Positions 1 to 14,332 are shown, counted from the stretch's first letter. The stretch is DNA of 64,000 nucleotides from Eledone cirrhosa (GCA_964016885.1 OZ024743.1:60760001-60824000), one strand, 5' to 3'. Translations and numbers: made by a program. The notes: generated from the sequence alone by a model not told the origin.

Positions 1-1838
1 TGTTGGTGTGATTTTTGTATGCGTGGCTGTGGTGGTGATGGTTTTGGTGGTGTTGTTTCGGTTGTGTCTGTGTTTGTTGTGAGTGCGGTGTCTGTGGTTT
101 CAGATGTTTGTGTGTATATTTATTCTTGAGTCTGTTTAGGTTGTTTGCATTTGGGGGATTCTGGTGATGGTGATGGTGGTGTTGATGTTGGTGTTATTGG
201 AGAGATGTTTGCGTGGGTGGTGTCTGCGTTTTTTATTGTGGGTGATTTTGTGCTTTGTTGAGTTTTTTTTCTTTTTGTGTTTCCTTTTTTTGTATTTTGG
301 GGGATTTTGGTTTTCCCTCATCTTCACTACTGGCAGATGAGGGGTCTGTGTCTGTAAGTGTGTCTGTATGTATGTTTATGGTTTTATTGGTGTGTGTATT
401 TTTTGGGGGGAGGGGGAATTTGACAGCTTTCCTCGTTCCCCCACTGGGTGGTCAATATTGGTGGTGGTCTTTCTATTGGTGTTGTTATTGGTGGTTTTGC
501 CGATGCTGGTGTTGGTTGTGGTCCTCGCCCCGGCGTCAGCAGCCTTTCGACCCATTGCCTCTTTCAGCAGTTGAGGGCAGAAGGCTCTCAAATGGGTTTT
601 TTCCCCACAAACAAAACACTGCGACCTTTTGCCTTCGGTCATAATGTGAATGACCGTCCCATTCTGAAGGCGGATGTGATCCGGGATTGTCTTCACATTC
701 TTGGGCCTGATCTGGAGAAGGATCTCCAGGTCAATCCCGGACCAGTCCTCTCTGGCCGTTCTGGTCACTTCTATAGGGACTGTATCCGTCCCCTCCACAA
801 TCACACATCCCAGAAGCCACCACATGTCAAGTCCTGGTGGGATTCTGGGAATGCGGAGACGGGCCGTTCTTTTTCCCATGTGGGAGGGGTACATTATGAC
901 CTTGCTGGTTTTGTATGGAGTCATAGCGTGTTTCCTAGCGAGGGCTTCTGACTTGAACAACACCGAAATGGTGCCGTACTGTCTGCCCCTCTCTATGTAT
1001 TTGGTGTCTTCTCTGATGCACCTCAGCTGCCCTTTTGATTTGTGCTGAGATGCATCTATAATGCTCCGTTCTGTGCTCCACTGCCTCAATAGCAGTTAAG
1101 TTGGCCCAGGTTTGCTCCTGCATGATGAGCTTCCAAGCCTGGACCAACTTTTCATCTTTGTTTGAGAGGTCCATGTTGAAGCATGTCCTCTTTTTTGCTG
1201 CTGCTGCCGCAGCGAAAGTGTTCTTCTTGTTTTCGTTGGGGGTGTTGTTGTCGTTGTCGTTGTTCTTGTTGGTGTTGCTGTTATCACTGTCGCTGTTATC
1301 ATTGTTGTCTTTGATGCCACCGTTGTTCTCGGTGCAGTTGGTATTGTTGTTGTTGGTGTTGTCGCTATTTGTTTTCATGTTAGTGGTGTTGATATTGTTG
1401 TTGCATTTGTTATTTTTTTTTTTGTTATCTGTATTTTCGTTGTCGCTGTTACTGTCATTTTCTTTCAAAATTAGAATTCTCATTGCTATCATTGGTGTCT
1501 TAGTTTACATTGTTTGTAGTGCTGTTTGTGTTATCAATTTGTGTTAATTTCGCTGTCGCGCTCCTCTCAACTTCCACGTCGTTGTCGCACGACAGCAGAC
1601 ATATCGCTGGGGGGCGTGGCTCAGCCATGTTATTTTTTTCCTCCGTAAATTTTTTAACATGTAAAAAAAAGTTCAAATATTTGTGCCAAAAGGCCCAAAT
1701 ATTATACTTTCCCCTTCACAGGGCAAAGTCTAAGGGCTTATATCCCTTACACAACAATAAATATTTAACAACAAATAATTTTAACAGGCAAATAAAGCGA
1801 CTTACTGGGAGCGAGCCAAAAAGACGTCCGAACAGACC
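1..1838 (-). mobile_element. 5' portion of a Tx1/L1-like LINE including putative 5' UTR
   Basis: ORF1 relic plus ~200 bp upstream starting GGTCTGTTCGGACGTC on the minus strand, directly abutting an (AAT)n tract at ~1839-1855. Confidence 0.6.
136..1628 (-). pseudogene. Frameshifted ORF1 (gag-like, zinc knuckle) of a Tx1/L1-clade non-LTR retrotransposon; ORF2 would lie beyond the left window edge
   Basis: ORF 376..1089 ends in L-x-NG-x-x-I-H-I-x-x-EG followed by CFVCGEKTHLRAFCP (CX2CX4HX4C). It is continued upstream in another frame by the N-rich ORF 935..1492 and a putative ATG at 1628 (MAEPRPPAICLL). Several frameshifts and a stop. Confidence 0.75.
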
Positions 1839-1855
1839 AATAATAATAATAATAA

Positions 1856-2032
1856 TTGTTTCTACTTTTGGCACAAGGCCAGCAATAAACCAGTGCATTA
1901 CTTGTACATTATTTTATCGTCCCCTTAATGATGCAAGGCAAAGTTAACCTCGGCGAGATATGAACTCAGAACGTAAAGGGACATAACTCTATGCTGCAAA
2001 GCATAGTGTCTGATGCTCTACCGATACTTCCA
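1856..2032 (-). mobile_element. tRNA-derived SINE (family A)
   Basis: Minus strand has a B-box-like GAGTTCATATC followed by CGCCGAGGTTAACTTTGCCTTGCATC..GATAAAATAATGTACAAGT; homologous to copies at 2040, 5972, 14805, 15711 and 60443. Confidence 0.75.
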
Positions 2033-2039
2033 ATAATAA

Positions 2040-2140
2040 TTGTTTCTACTTTAGGCACAAGGCCAGCAATTACCCAGTGCATTACTGGTACTTTATTTTA
2101 TCAACCCCGTAAGGATGAAAGGCAAAGTCAACCTCGGTGG
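2040..2140 (-). mobile_element. Partial second copy of SINE family A (tandem)
   Basis: tgtttctactttaggcacaaggccagcaat...aaggatgaaaggcaaagtcaacctcgg repeats 1857-1955. Confidence 0.7.
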
Positions 2141-4149
2141 GATATAATGATAATGCTTTATTTTATCATGATAATGATTTCGATTATATAGTTTTTATGA
2201 GAAAATATTAAAGATGGCATTGGACGGTAAAAGGAGCGTTTTTTTTTTTGTGTAAAGAATGTTTAACAACAATAATAATATTAAACAGGAGACTGTGACG
2301 TAATTTCACACCAAGGTTGAAGCAAGTTCAATATAGATTGCGCTGATAATTTATTTCTGAGTGTATGGCATGACGCAGTCATCATTTCACCATCCTTTTC
2401 TGACTGTTCAAAATGTCAGAAACCAATATTTCTTCAAGCTGATCTTCAAAGTGTCTATGTTCGTCATCACCCTTGGATACTTCTTCGTAATAAAAGATCA
2501 ATTTAGTCTGAACTGGTGGTTGGTTAACCACTCCCTTTTGTAGTTAATATCATAAATAATTTCGTGTGCATAAGTGTAACATCTGAAGAGGGTGTAGGAA
2601 TGAAGGCAATCTACTCAAGTCCTGATGAAGGTCTATAGAGGAAGACATGGCAGAGATGGGCCACGTCTGTCAGCAGGCTCATAGTAGGACCTGATGCCTG
2701 ATGAAACTAATCTAATGCACCAAAAATAATATATTAGAACAACATTTCGGTCCTGATGGTAGTCCTTCTTCGAAAGAGGGATACAGAGAGATGAGAGGAT
2801 ATACTCGAGAGAGAAAAACATGTGAGCATATGTGTCTATATATATATGTATCCCAGATTATTGACAGCGGGCTGATGATCCAAATAACGTTAAGTACCTT
2901 GTTCTTGTTAATCCTTCACTCCCTCTATAACCCCCCTCATCTCTCATCTCTCTCTCTCCCTCTCTCTCCGTTCGATTTGTGGTTATATCTTAGCCCCAAA
3001 GATTTTACTATGCAAATAGTAAACAGCTGGTAAAGGCTACCTTTCGCGCTGAGAATACTCAAATTTTACGAATATTCATACATATATATATATGTGTGTG
3101 TGTGTGTGTGCGTGTGTGTGTGCGTGTGTGCGTGTGTATGTGGGATGGGGGGGGGGGCTGTGCGCGTCTCTGTGTGTGTGTGTGTGCGCATACATACATA
3201 TATTTTTATATATATACCAAGAGTTGCGACCGGCAGATAGTATCGACAATGGAAAAAAAGACCAATGCAAACACTATTTCTTTGGTCCGTCCTTTAGTTT
3301 TATTGTGAGTGAATTCGATTTTGATAAATTAAAAACTAAACACTTGGCGTCGCAATATTATATTTGCTGCTAAATTAATTAAACAATATATCGTTTGTCT
3401 TGGCAGCATCCTCGATGACATATAGGCGTGCAAACTACCAAATGAAGCCTCTACGTAGTTTGGTGTGATAAACTACATCCTACTCATTTAATCAAGGGGC
3501 GGACATGTTGGATGTTTTGGTACTAGACATAGATTGCAAACGAAATGCAGGATATTCCCAGCTGAAATATCCTTGATCATAGGTCTACAGTCTCAATCAG
3601 GTTTGAGCTGCACCTAAACAGCAGCAAGATTTAGACTTAAGCATAGTTGTGCTGTTAAGAAATAAGGTTCGCAACAACACGGCATGGAATTCGTTCCTAG
3701 GTTTGTGAAACCTTTGGATTCTACTGTATCATCGGATCAACTAAAACATTTTGAGTGGAATTTACATGACTGACTTTATGTAGAGGCCCATTGAGAAAGC
3801 CGTTTCTGTTTTCGAGTGGTAGACACAACCTGACACCAAGTATAACACCACCACATGGCAGGCCTCCGGTCTGAAGATAATTTTCTCTCATCCTCTCACT
3901 AAACTCATTGATTTTGAAAGGTCCCATAGGCTCTACTCATCGTCCTCTGATTAAGTCATATGAAGGAATCAAAGCCAAATTACGAACTATGGTTACATAT
4001 ATTTTTATATGCGTATGTGCTACTATCTTAATGAAAAATATCTTACTCTTTCGCTGCGACATCCATGATCTGGACTCGATAGATTACATACTAAATGCTT
4101 TTCTTCTTTTGTTAAATTGCATAAAAAGGGTTGATTTTCAATTCTGTAT

Positions 4150-4595
4150 TCTTGACAACACTTGCCTTTGGTCATGAATCTTAGGTAATGACCGAAAGAA
4201 TATGATCGCGAATACCAGCGACCGAAATGGCTTTCTTCCGAAGGATCTTCGGGGTAACGTTATACGATAAAGTGCGTAGTTCGCAGATCAGAGATTCACT
4301 CCAGGTAGAGCCGCTACTTCTCCGAATTGAGAGATCACAGCTCCGATGCTATGGGCATGGGCTTAGAATGTCTCAAGAATGAATCGCTAGACAGCTTTTT
4401 ACGGGCAAAACCAACCGGCAGGAGACCCATATGTAGACTCCGAGCAAGTTGGTTGGATAACATCCATGAGCTTGGTTAGTCGCGCTTGGGGATCCAGCTG
4501 GATCAGTTGGAGATAGGTGCTTCTGACAGGACCCGTTGGAGGAAGTGTTTGAGGACTCTGCCCTTACGCCCCTTTCAGGAATTAGCGGGTGAAAA
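4150..4595 (+). mobile_element. RTE-clade LINE (Rex3/Expander-like) 3' end, decayed
   Basis: Manual translation TLAFGHES*VMTERI*SRIPATEMAFFRRIFGVTLYDKVRSSQIRDSLQVEPLLLRIERSQLRCYGHGLRM...PTGRRP..R..W...LGI...W...LRTLPLRP matches the RTE ORF C-terminus; stops and a frameshift. Confidence 0.85.
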
Positions 4596-4605
4596 AAATT
4601 TCATA

Positions 4606-4656
<51 letters not shown>

Positions 4657-4745
4657 GTTTCATGCAACAGACTATGCTCGTGTACAGCTATCATTTAATC
4701 ACCCTTAACTCTTACAAATATATATACACACGCACACACACCCCG

Positions 4746-4839
<94 letters not shown>

Positions 4840-5027
4840 GTATATATGCGGAAAAGTAAACTGAAACAACATAGAAAATAATACAGTACGATGCAAAATA
4901 CATTAGTTTAATACTTGAGACATATATAATGAAAGAGGCGGACGTTATTTGCCAAATATTACACAGCTGTATGAATATTACGCAAAGACAGAGAACATGT
5001 CTTCCTTTCCTCTGCAACTTACACTTC

Positions 5028-5064
<37 letters not shown>

Positions 5065-5101
5065 AATATATATAAATATATATATATTTATATATATATA
5101 T

Positions 5102-5165
<64 letters not shown>

Positions 5166-5170
<5 letters not shown>

Positions 5171-5560
5171 TTTATTAAAATAACAGATTAAACTTTAAGC
5201 GAAGAATCGCTGCTTGTAAACATAAATTGCACAAAATTCTCCTGTATTACAGCCCCACATTATACTCTAACAGATAGTACGAACTATACGCGGATATTTT
5301 ACGTCTTGATGTGGGAACGTTTCCACGAACCAAAGTATCGTCTTCCACCGGTTGGAACGTTTTTTGAAATATTTACTTCTGCGTTCACAGATTGACGTTT
5401 TTAGTTTCAGAAGATCCCGTTAAGGATGAAAGTGGCCATTCTTTGCTTAAACTTTAATCTGTTATTTTAATAAATATTTGCTCTACTGTTCTTATATATT
5501 TGATATATATTTATCCTTATCGAGCCCTCTTTGGATTTTAGTCTTCAAATTTATTATAAT
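5166..5560 (+). mobile_element. Fold-back element in (TA)n, probable Penelope-like pLTR relic
   Basis: 42-bp inverted repeat 5166-5207 / 5438-5479 (2 mismatches), ~80-bp tail, degenerate hammerhead cores at 5408-5431 (+) and 5313-5349 (-). Confidence 0.5.
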
Positions 5561-5563
5561 TAC

Positions 5564-5603
<40 letters not shown>

Positions 5604-5679
5604 GGTGTTGGATGCTTAAAGCGTCCGTATGCGGTAGGCCGTTTGAGCACTCGATGCTCTCATTGAGCAGAGTATGATC

Positions 5680-5947
5680 TCCGAATAAAAAGAGAATCAA
5701 TGTTGCGACGTATGGAAATTATATTACATTCGTTTCTCTGGCGATCAGCTTGAGGCACGATAGATATGATTGTCGAACCCCAGGAAAATATGCTTCATAG
5801 AATCAAGACGTATCTGAGGACATTGCGATTTTCAGAGTCAGGCTCGATCATCACATCGATCGTACCTTGAGCTGGTCGCCAGAGAAACGATTGTAATATG
5901 TCCAATAAATTCCATTCGTCGCAACATTGATTCTCTTTTTATTCTGA
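5680..5947 (+). mobile_element. Fold-back element with hammerhead motif (Penelope-like pLTR)
   Basis: ~110-bp diverged inverted arms (gaataaaaagagaatcaatgttgcgacg ... cgtcgcaacattgattctctttttattc), ending in (TA)n. Confidence 0.65.
5807..5902 (+). ncRNA. Type I hammerhead ribozyme motif with long stem II
   Basis: Stem I gacgtat(5807-13)/atatgtc(5896-5902); core CUGAGGA 5814-20; stem II ~63 nt with gcga/tcgc and cgatc/gatcg; GAAA 5884-87; self-complementary ACGAUUGU; GUA triplet, cleavage after 5895. Confidence 0.65.
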
Positions 5948-5971
5948 TATATATATATATATATATACATA

Positions 5972-6327
<356 letters not shown>

Positions 6328-6365
6328 AAACCATCTTTTTTACCTTAATTTATAATCCTTTTGAA

Positions 6366-6484
6366 GTTCCGATGAACTGCTCCAATTTTACCTCAGTTAA
6401 TTATCTTCAACTGAACCAGATCAATAATGGTCTATAATCATTTGATCCAGAAACATTATATGGAGTAGCGAAACAATTGTAAAC
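6366..6484 (+). ncRNA. Degenerate type I hammerhead motif with ~90-nt stem II
   Basis: gtt CCGAUGA (U4C change) a ctgctcca...tggagtag c GAAA, perfect palindrome ACAAUUGU, GUA triplet, aac. Confidence 0.55.
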
Positions 6485-6643
6485 GGACATTATTAGTATT
6501 ATTAGTATTATTTCTACATTCCTTATATTAAATTAAAACTATGTTGACAATCTTTTCATAATGTCTTCCTTGTGAAATTAGTGGTCTTGTTTTGCTTAAC
6601 TAATGAATATATATATATATATTATATATATATCTATATATAT

Positions 6644-7174
6644 ATATTGTTATACTTTGGGAGGGTCATGTTGCCAATAAGAAACACACGCACCAGTTGC
6701 TTTCACTTCAATTTATTATATATTTATAAATTTACAAATTTATAAATCTATAAATTTCTGGTTGTTTGGTTGGTTCCACAACCAGATAGTTGTTTATATA
6801 TAGTCATAGTCCTTTCGTCACACACTCTGTGCAAACTGAGCACACAACACACACACAGAAACAAAATGGCGTAGGACAGAACAAAGGAGAGGCACGGAGA
6901 CAAAGAAAGGAATCCCCAGTCACTGAAGAGGTCACAGAGTGTGTGACGAAAGGACTATGACTATATATAAACAACTATCTGGTTGTCGAACCAACCAACC
7001 AACCAGAAATTTATAGATTTATAAATTTGTAAATTTATAAATATATAATAAATTGAAGTGAAAGCAACTGGTGCGTGTGTTTCTTATTGGCAACATGACC
7101 CTCCCAAAGTATAACAATATCGGTTTCAACACACGATTTCAGATAAAGAATCTTGCTAAACAAATTCAGAAACG

Positions 7175-7176
<2 letters not shown>
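6644..7176 (+). mobile_element. Penelope-like pLTR fold-back insertion in (TA)n
   Basis: 188-bp inverted arms 6644-6831 / 6933-7120 (2 mismatches), 101-bp spacer, hammerhead at 6918-6962, ~55-bp tail; ATG at 7095 opens [27 protein letters not shown]; second copy at 62454. Confidence 0.75.
6918..6962 (+). ncRNA. Minimal type I hammerhead ribozyme motif
   Basis: agtca CUGAAGA g gtcaca-gagtg-tgtgac GAAA ggacu a | tgact: 5-bp stem I, 6-bp stem II, intact core, CUA triplet, rudimentary stem III. Confidence 0.7.
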
Positions 7177-7259
<83 letters not shown>

Positions 7260-7267
7260 TACATGTA

Positions 7268-7500
<233 letters not shown>

Positions 7501-7503
7501 GTA

Positions 7504-7534
<31 letters not shown>

Positions 7535-7576
7535 GTATATATATATATAGAGAGAGAGAGATAGATATACATATAT

Positions 7577-7674
<98 letters not shown>

Positions 7675-7701
7675 ATGTATATATATATTTATAATATATA
7701 T

Positions 7702-7800
7702 ATTGTCAAAGCTCTTTCGTCACACATTACGTGACACCCTCAGTGACTAATTTGTTATTTTGTGTCCCTCCTTTGTTCTGTCCAACACCTATACCTCATA
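7702..7800 (-). mobile_element. Diverged relative of the 6644 pLTR family with degenerate hammerhead
   Basis: Minus strand reads ggacagaacaaaggag...gtca ctgagggt gtcac-gtaatgt-gtgac gaaa gagctt tgac, aligning with 6874-6962. Confidence 0.55.
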
Positions 7801-7944
7801 ATACCGCATGTGTTTATCAGATAATCGTTTGTGTACAAATGGCAGAAGGGAAATGTAGATACTGTTGGCATTGCTCCTTCTCTCCCCCCTACTCCTCCTC
7901 CTCCTTCTCCTTCTCCTCCGACTACTACTACTACTACAACAACA

Positions 7945-7985
<41 letters not shown>

Positions 7986-8074
7986 CACCACTTCTACTAC
8001 TACAATCACCACCATACTACTACTACTACTTCTACTACTACTACTACTACCGCTGCTGCTGCCATTCAAATATG

Positions 8075-8765
8075 GGTGCAGCTTGGGGCTAAATACTTCT
8101 CTTCGCAATCATTAGATCTCGGGTTCAATCTCCTTGCGTGACATTTTGAGCAAAGTTTCATTTTCCATACTTTCAGTTTGAGCCCTCATTTCCAAAATAA
8201 AACCTTTTTATATTTAATTTAGACGAGATCAATTGAGTCGACTGAAACTATTTGGTTGGTAACTGTAATTCATTTATACTTGTCCTATGACATATACATA
8301 ATATTTGAAGAGGCAGGTCGAGACCGGTCAGCCAGACCAAGGTGTCGTTTGCAGCATTATGGATTGCCTCCAGGCCACCGGGAAAACGTCTGAGGGGGCA
8401 ATCCCGAACAACATGCATTACTGTCTGGTCAGGGTCCCCGCAGTCATATGCTGGGTTGTCTTTCATTTTCCATCGATGGAGATGATGAGCTGTCCTGACA
8501 TGTGTTGTGTGGGTCACATTAAGGGACACTCATTGCTTTCTGGGAATGTAAAAGCCGACTGGTTTACATGTGGGTTCCTGGACAAGGTTTTGGTTGGCAA
8601 GACATATTTATATTGTTGTTAATCAATGGGCCAACATTGTCGAACAGCGTGTTACACTAAATCTTCCCTAGAATTCATTAAGGTTACACGTGTCAGTAGG
8701 TGAAGGCTATTGATTGATTAATTCAACAACTGGAACAATCATCGTAGAAACCGATGGAGGTTCAT
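8075..8765 (+). mobile_element. SINE family B split by a LINE fragment
   Basis: B-box gggttcaatc at ~8121; tail 8625-8765 resembles 14555-14725. Confidence 0.5.
8290..8600 (-). mobile_element. 3' end of an I/Ingi-group LINE (C-terminal CCHC region)
   Basis: LHRWKMKDNPAYDCGDPDQTVMHVVRDCPLRRFPGGLEAIH...WLTGLDL fits the LH.W....P.C.CG...QT..H....CP motif (first Cys mutated). Confidence 0.7.
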
Positions 8766-8879
8766 TCTAAAACATTCAAATAAACATCGGAGTAAAAGAT
8801 GCAATACCTTCACTATATAGAATAAGGAACATGCGAAGTTTCGACACCATAAGCATCACCTGTTGGTGTTGAACGTGAT

Positions 8880-8923
8880 GTTATTGTTGTTGTTGTTACT
8901 ACTACTACTACTACTACTGTTGC

Positions 8924-8957
<34 letters not shown>

Positions 8958-8977
8958 ACTACTACTACTACTGCTGC

Positions 8978-9011
<34 letters not shown>

Positions 9012-9043
9012 ACTACTACTACTACTACTACTACTGCTGCTGC

Positions 9044-9077
<34 letters not shown>

Positions 9078-9126
9078 ACTACTACTACTACTACTGCTGC
9101 TGCTGTTGTTGCTGCTGCTACTGCTG

Positions 9127-9181
<55 letters not shown>

Positions 9182-10075
9182 CATCATCACCAGCCCTTAT
9201 AGCATCGCCACCAGCATCATCAACAGCAACAACACCACCACAAACATCATCACCACTTCCAACACCATCATCGATATCAATGCTGTCAGCTTCACCTCGT
9301 GGTTAGCTATGCTGTTATGGTTCTTTTTCTTCTTCTTCTTACTACTACTACTACTACTAGTAGTAATATTATCACGATCACGACCATCAACACAAACGCC
9401 GCTACCAACAACAGTAGCAACACCGCCACCGTCATTACTAACAATATCAGCATCACCTACAGGTGTGTGCTGTAATGTTGTCATTGTTCGTACTGCTGCT
9501 ACCACCACCACTACTACTACTGCCACCACCACAACTACTACTACTACTACAACTACTACTACTCCTACTACTTCTACTACTGCTGCTACCACCACCACTA
9601 CTAGTACTACCACCACAACTACTACTACTCCTCCTACTACTTCTACTACTGCTGCTACCACCACCACTACTAGTACTACCACCACAACTACTACTACTCC
9701 TCCTACTACTTCTACTACTGCTGCTACCACCACCACTACTAGTACTACCACCACAACTACTACTACAACTACTACTACTCCTCCTCCTACTACTACTACT
9801 ACTACAACTCCTACTACTACTACTACTACAACTACTACTACCACCACCACCACCACCACCACCACTACTACCACCACCACCACCACCACCACCACCACTA
9901 CTACCACCACCACCACCACCACCACTACTACCACCACCACCACCACCACCACCACCACCACCACCACCACTACTACTACAACCACCACCACCACCACTAC
10001 CACCACCACCACCACCACCACCACCACCACCACCACCACCACCACCACCACCACCACCACCACTACTACTACTGA
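8880..10075. repeat. Compound trinucleotide microsatellites (ACT/GCT/GTT/ACC) with ~60-bp higher-order units
   Basis: Seen directly. Confidence 0.9.
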
Positions 10076-10179
10076 CTACCGCGATATGTATACGGTGTAC
10101 GTAGATACATATATTTCAGTGGTGTTTCGGTAAAAGTTGGTTATTATTAGAGTGGAACGAAAACCAGTAATATTACCAC

Positions 10180-12430
<2,251 letters not shown>

Positions 12431-12433
12431 TAC

Positions 12434-12671
12434 CTGATTGAATAATTTGCGAAGTTTTGTCATTTTCGTTCGTAATTTAGGTGGGGAAGTCTTAAAGCGG
12501 ATTTGAGATGCATCTGGTGTTACTGAGGCATGATGGCGTGATGGTGATGTATAACGGGAAGAATGCCCCCATCTCTGCTGCGTTGACAGCACTCTCGCTG
12601 TAACAGGGATACTGGGAAATCCTCCTCATTTAAATGTAGTTGTATTGAATCGATCATTATTTGGACACGCA
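12434..12671 (-). other. Candidate 238-nt spliced exon, possibly carrying a start codon ([10 protein letters not shown])
   Basis: Long (TTTC)n polypyrimidine tract then TTTCAG acceptor; AATCAG|GTATGT donor; unique complex sequence between; no frame open throughout. Confidence 0.45.
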
Positions 12672-12679
12672 CTGAAACC

Positions 12680-12709
12680 GAGAGAGTTAGAAAGAGAGAA
12701 AGAAAGAAG

Positions 12710-12791
<82 letters not shown>

Positions 12792-13010
12792 GAGAGGCGA
12801 AATTAAGAGAGAGTAAAAAGAGAGAGCAGGTAAGATGAGAGAAAAAAAGAGAGGGAGAGAGAGGAATTATGAGAGCTATACATAGACAGAGACGGAGCGA
12901 GAGAGAATTTGTGTAAAGGAGAAAAAAAGAGGGAGAGGTGGGAAAGTGGGAGAGCAAGATGGAAGGAGAGCGAAAGTGAGACAGACAGAGTGAGAGAGGG
13001 AGAGCAAGAG
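12680..13010. repeat. (GAAA)n and GA-rich low complexity
   Basis: Seen directly. Confidence 0.9.
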
Positions 13011-13189
13011 ATAGTGGAGTACCTTCTGACAGATTGCTTGGCTGTGAGATTGCTAGGTAGACAGATAGCTACGAGTAAATATACAGGTATTTATTATTTG
13101 GTTTGTTGGTCAGCTAGGAAAGGTAAGCTTAGCAATGATGGATAGTTAAGTACTTAGAACATAATGTCGTTAGTCATGCCAAGACTGTT

Positions 13190-14332
13190 AGGTGGGTAGG
13201 TTGGTTAGGTAGGTAGTAAGTAGGTGGGTAGGTCGGTAGGTAGATAGGTGGGATGGTAGACAGCTAGGTAGGTAGATAGGTAGGTAGGTAGGTAGGTAGG
13301 TAGGTAGGTAGGTAGGTAGGTAGGTAGGTAGGTAGGTAGGTTGGTTGGTTAATAGATGGGGTGGTAAATAGGTTGGTAGGTGGGTATGTATGCATGCATG
13401 TATGTATGTAGGTAGTTGGGTAGGTAGGTAGGTAGGGAGGGAGAAAGGGAGGTAAATACGTAAATGGGTAGATGGATAGGTAAGTTGCTAGGTCGGTAAG
13501 TAGGTAGATTGGTAAGTAAGTTGATAGATTAGAAGGTCGGTAGTGAAGTAAGTAGCTATCAAGTTACCTAAACAGGTTGATTGTCAGGTAGCTAGCTATG
13601 TATATGCTAAGCTACTTAATTATCTACGTACTTGTCTAGCTAGCAAAGGTAGCTTGGTTGCTATATTGCTATATGTAAGCATCTCTGTATGTATTCTGTC
13701 AGGGAGGATAGTTGGCGGTAGGGGAGTAAGTAGATAAGTTGCAAATTAGATAGCTAGGTAGGTAAAATACTTGTCAAGGAAAGTTGACAGGTTGTTAGAT
13801 AAGTAACTACCTGTCTAGCTATCTCAGGTAGGTAGGCATTAATGTAAGTCTGTAGGTAAGTAAGTAGGATGGTTGTTTGGTAGGTAGGTAGGCAGGTAGC
13901 TGATTATCTAAGCGACGGGTAGGTGGATAGCTAGCTAAGTTGCTAGCTAACCCAACATCAACCTACATTAACCAGCTTAGCTAACTTGGTAGGTAGCTAA
14001 TTAAATAGGTAGGTAGGTAAGTAAGGAAGTTTGTAGGTATGAAGGTAGCTAGATATGTAGACAGGTAACTAAATAGTTAGATAGCTAGATAGATATGTAA
14101 CTAGCTAGGTAATTATATAGTTAGGTAGGTAGGTAAGTAGGTAGGTAGGTAGGTAGGTACCTAGGTAAGTAGGTAGGTAGGTAGGTAGGTAGGTAGGTAG
14201 GTAGGTAGATAGGTAGGTAGGTAGGTAGGTAGGTAGGTAGGTAGGTAGGTAGGTAGGTAGGTAGGTAGGTAGGTAGGTAGGTAGGTGGGTAGTAGGTAGG
14301 TAGGTAGATCGGTAGGTAGGTAGGTAGGTATT
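13190..14332. repeat. (TAGG)n microsatellite, pure at ends and degenerate in the middle
   Basis: Seen directly. Confidence 0.9.

Noticed and set aside
2361-2543. GIY-YIG endonuclease C-terminus
   Set aside because: Only a vague resemblance (YFF..K...SLN); not supportable without a profile search.
13190-14332. Telomere-like repeat
   Set aside because: Unit is TAGG, not TTAGGG/TTAGG; ordinary interstitial tetranucleotide microsatellite.
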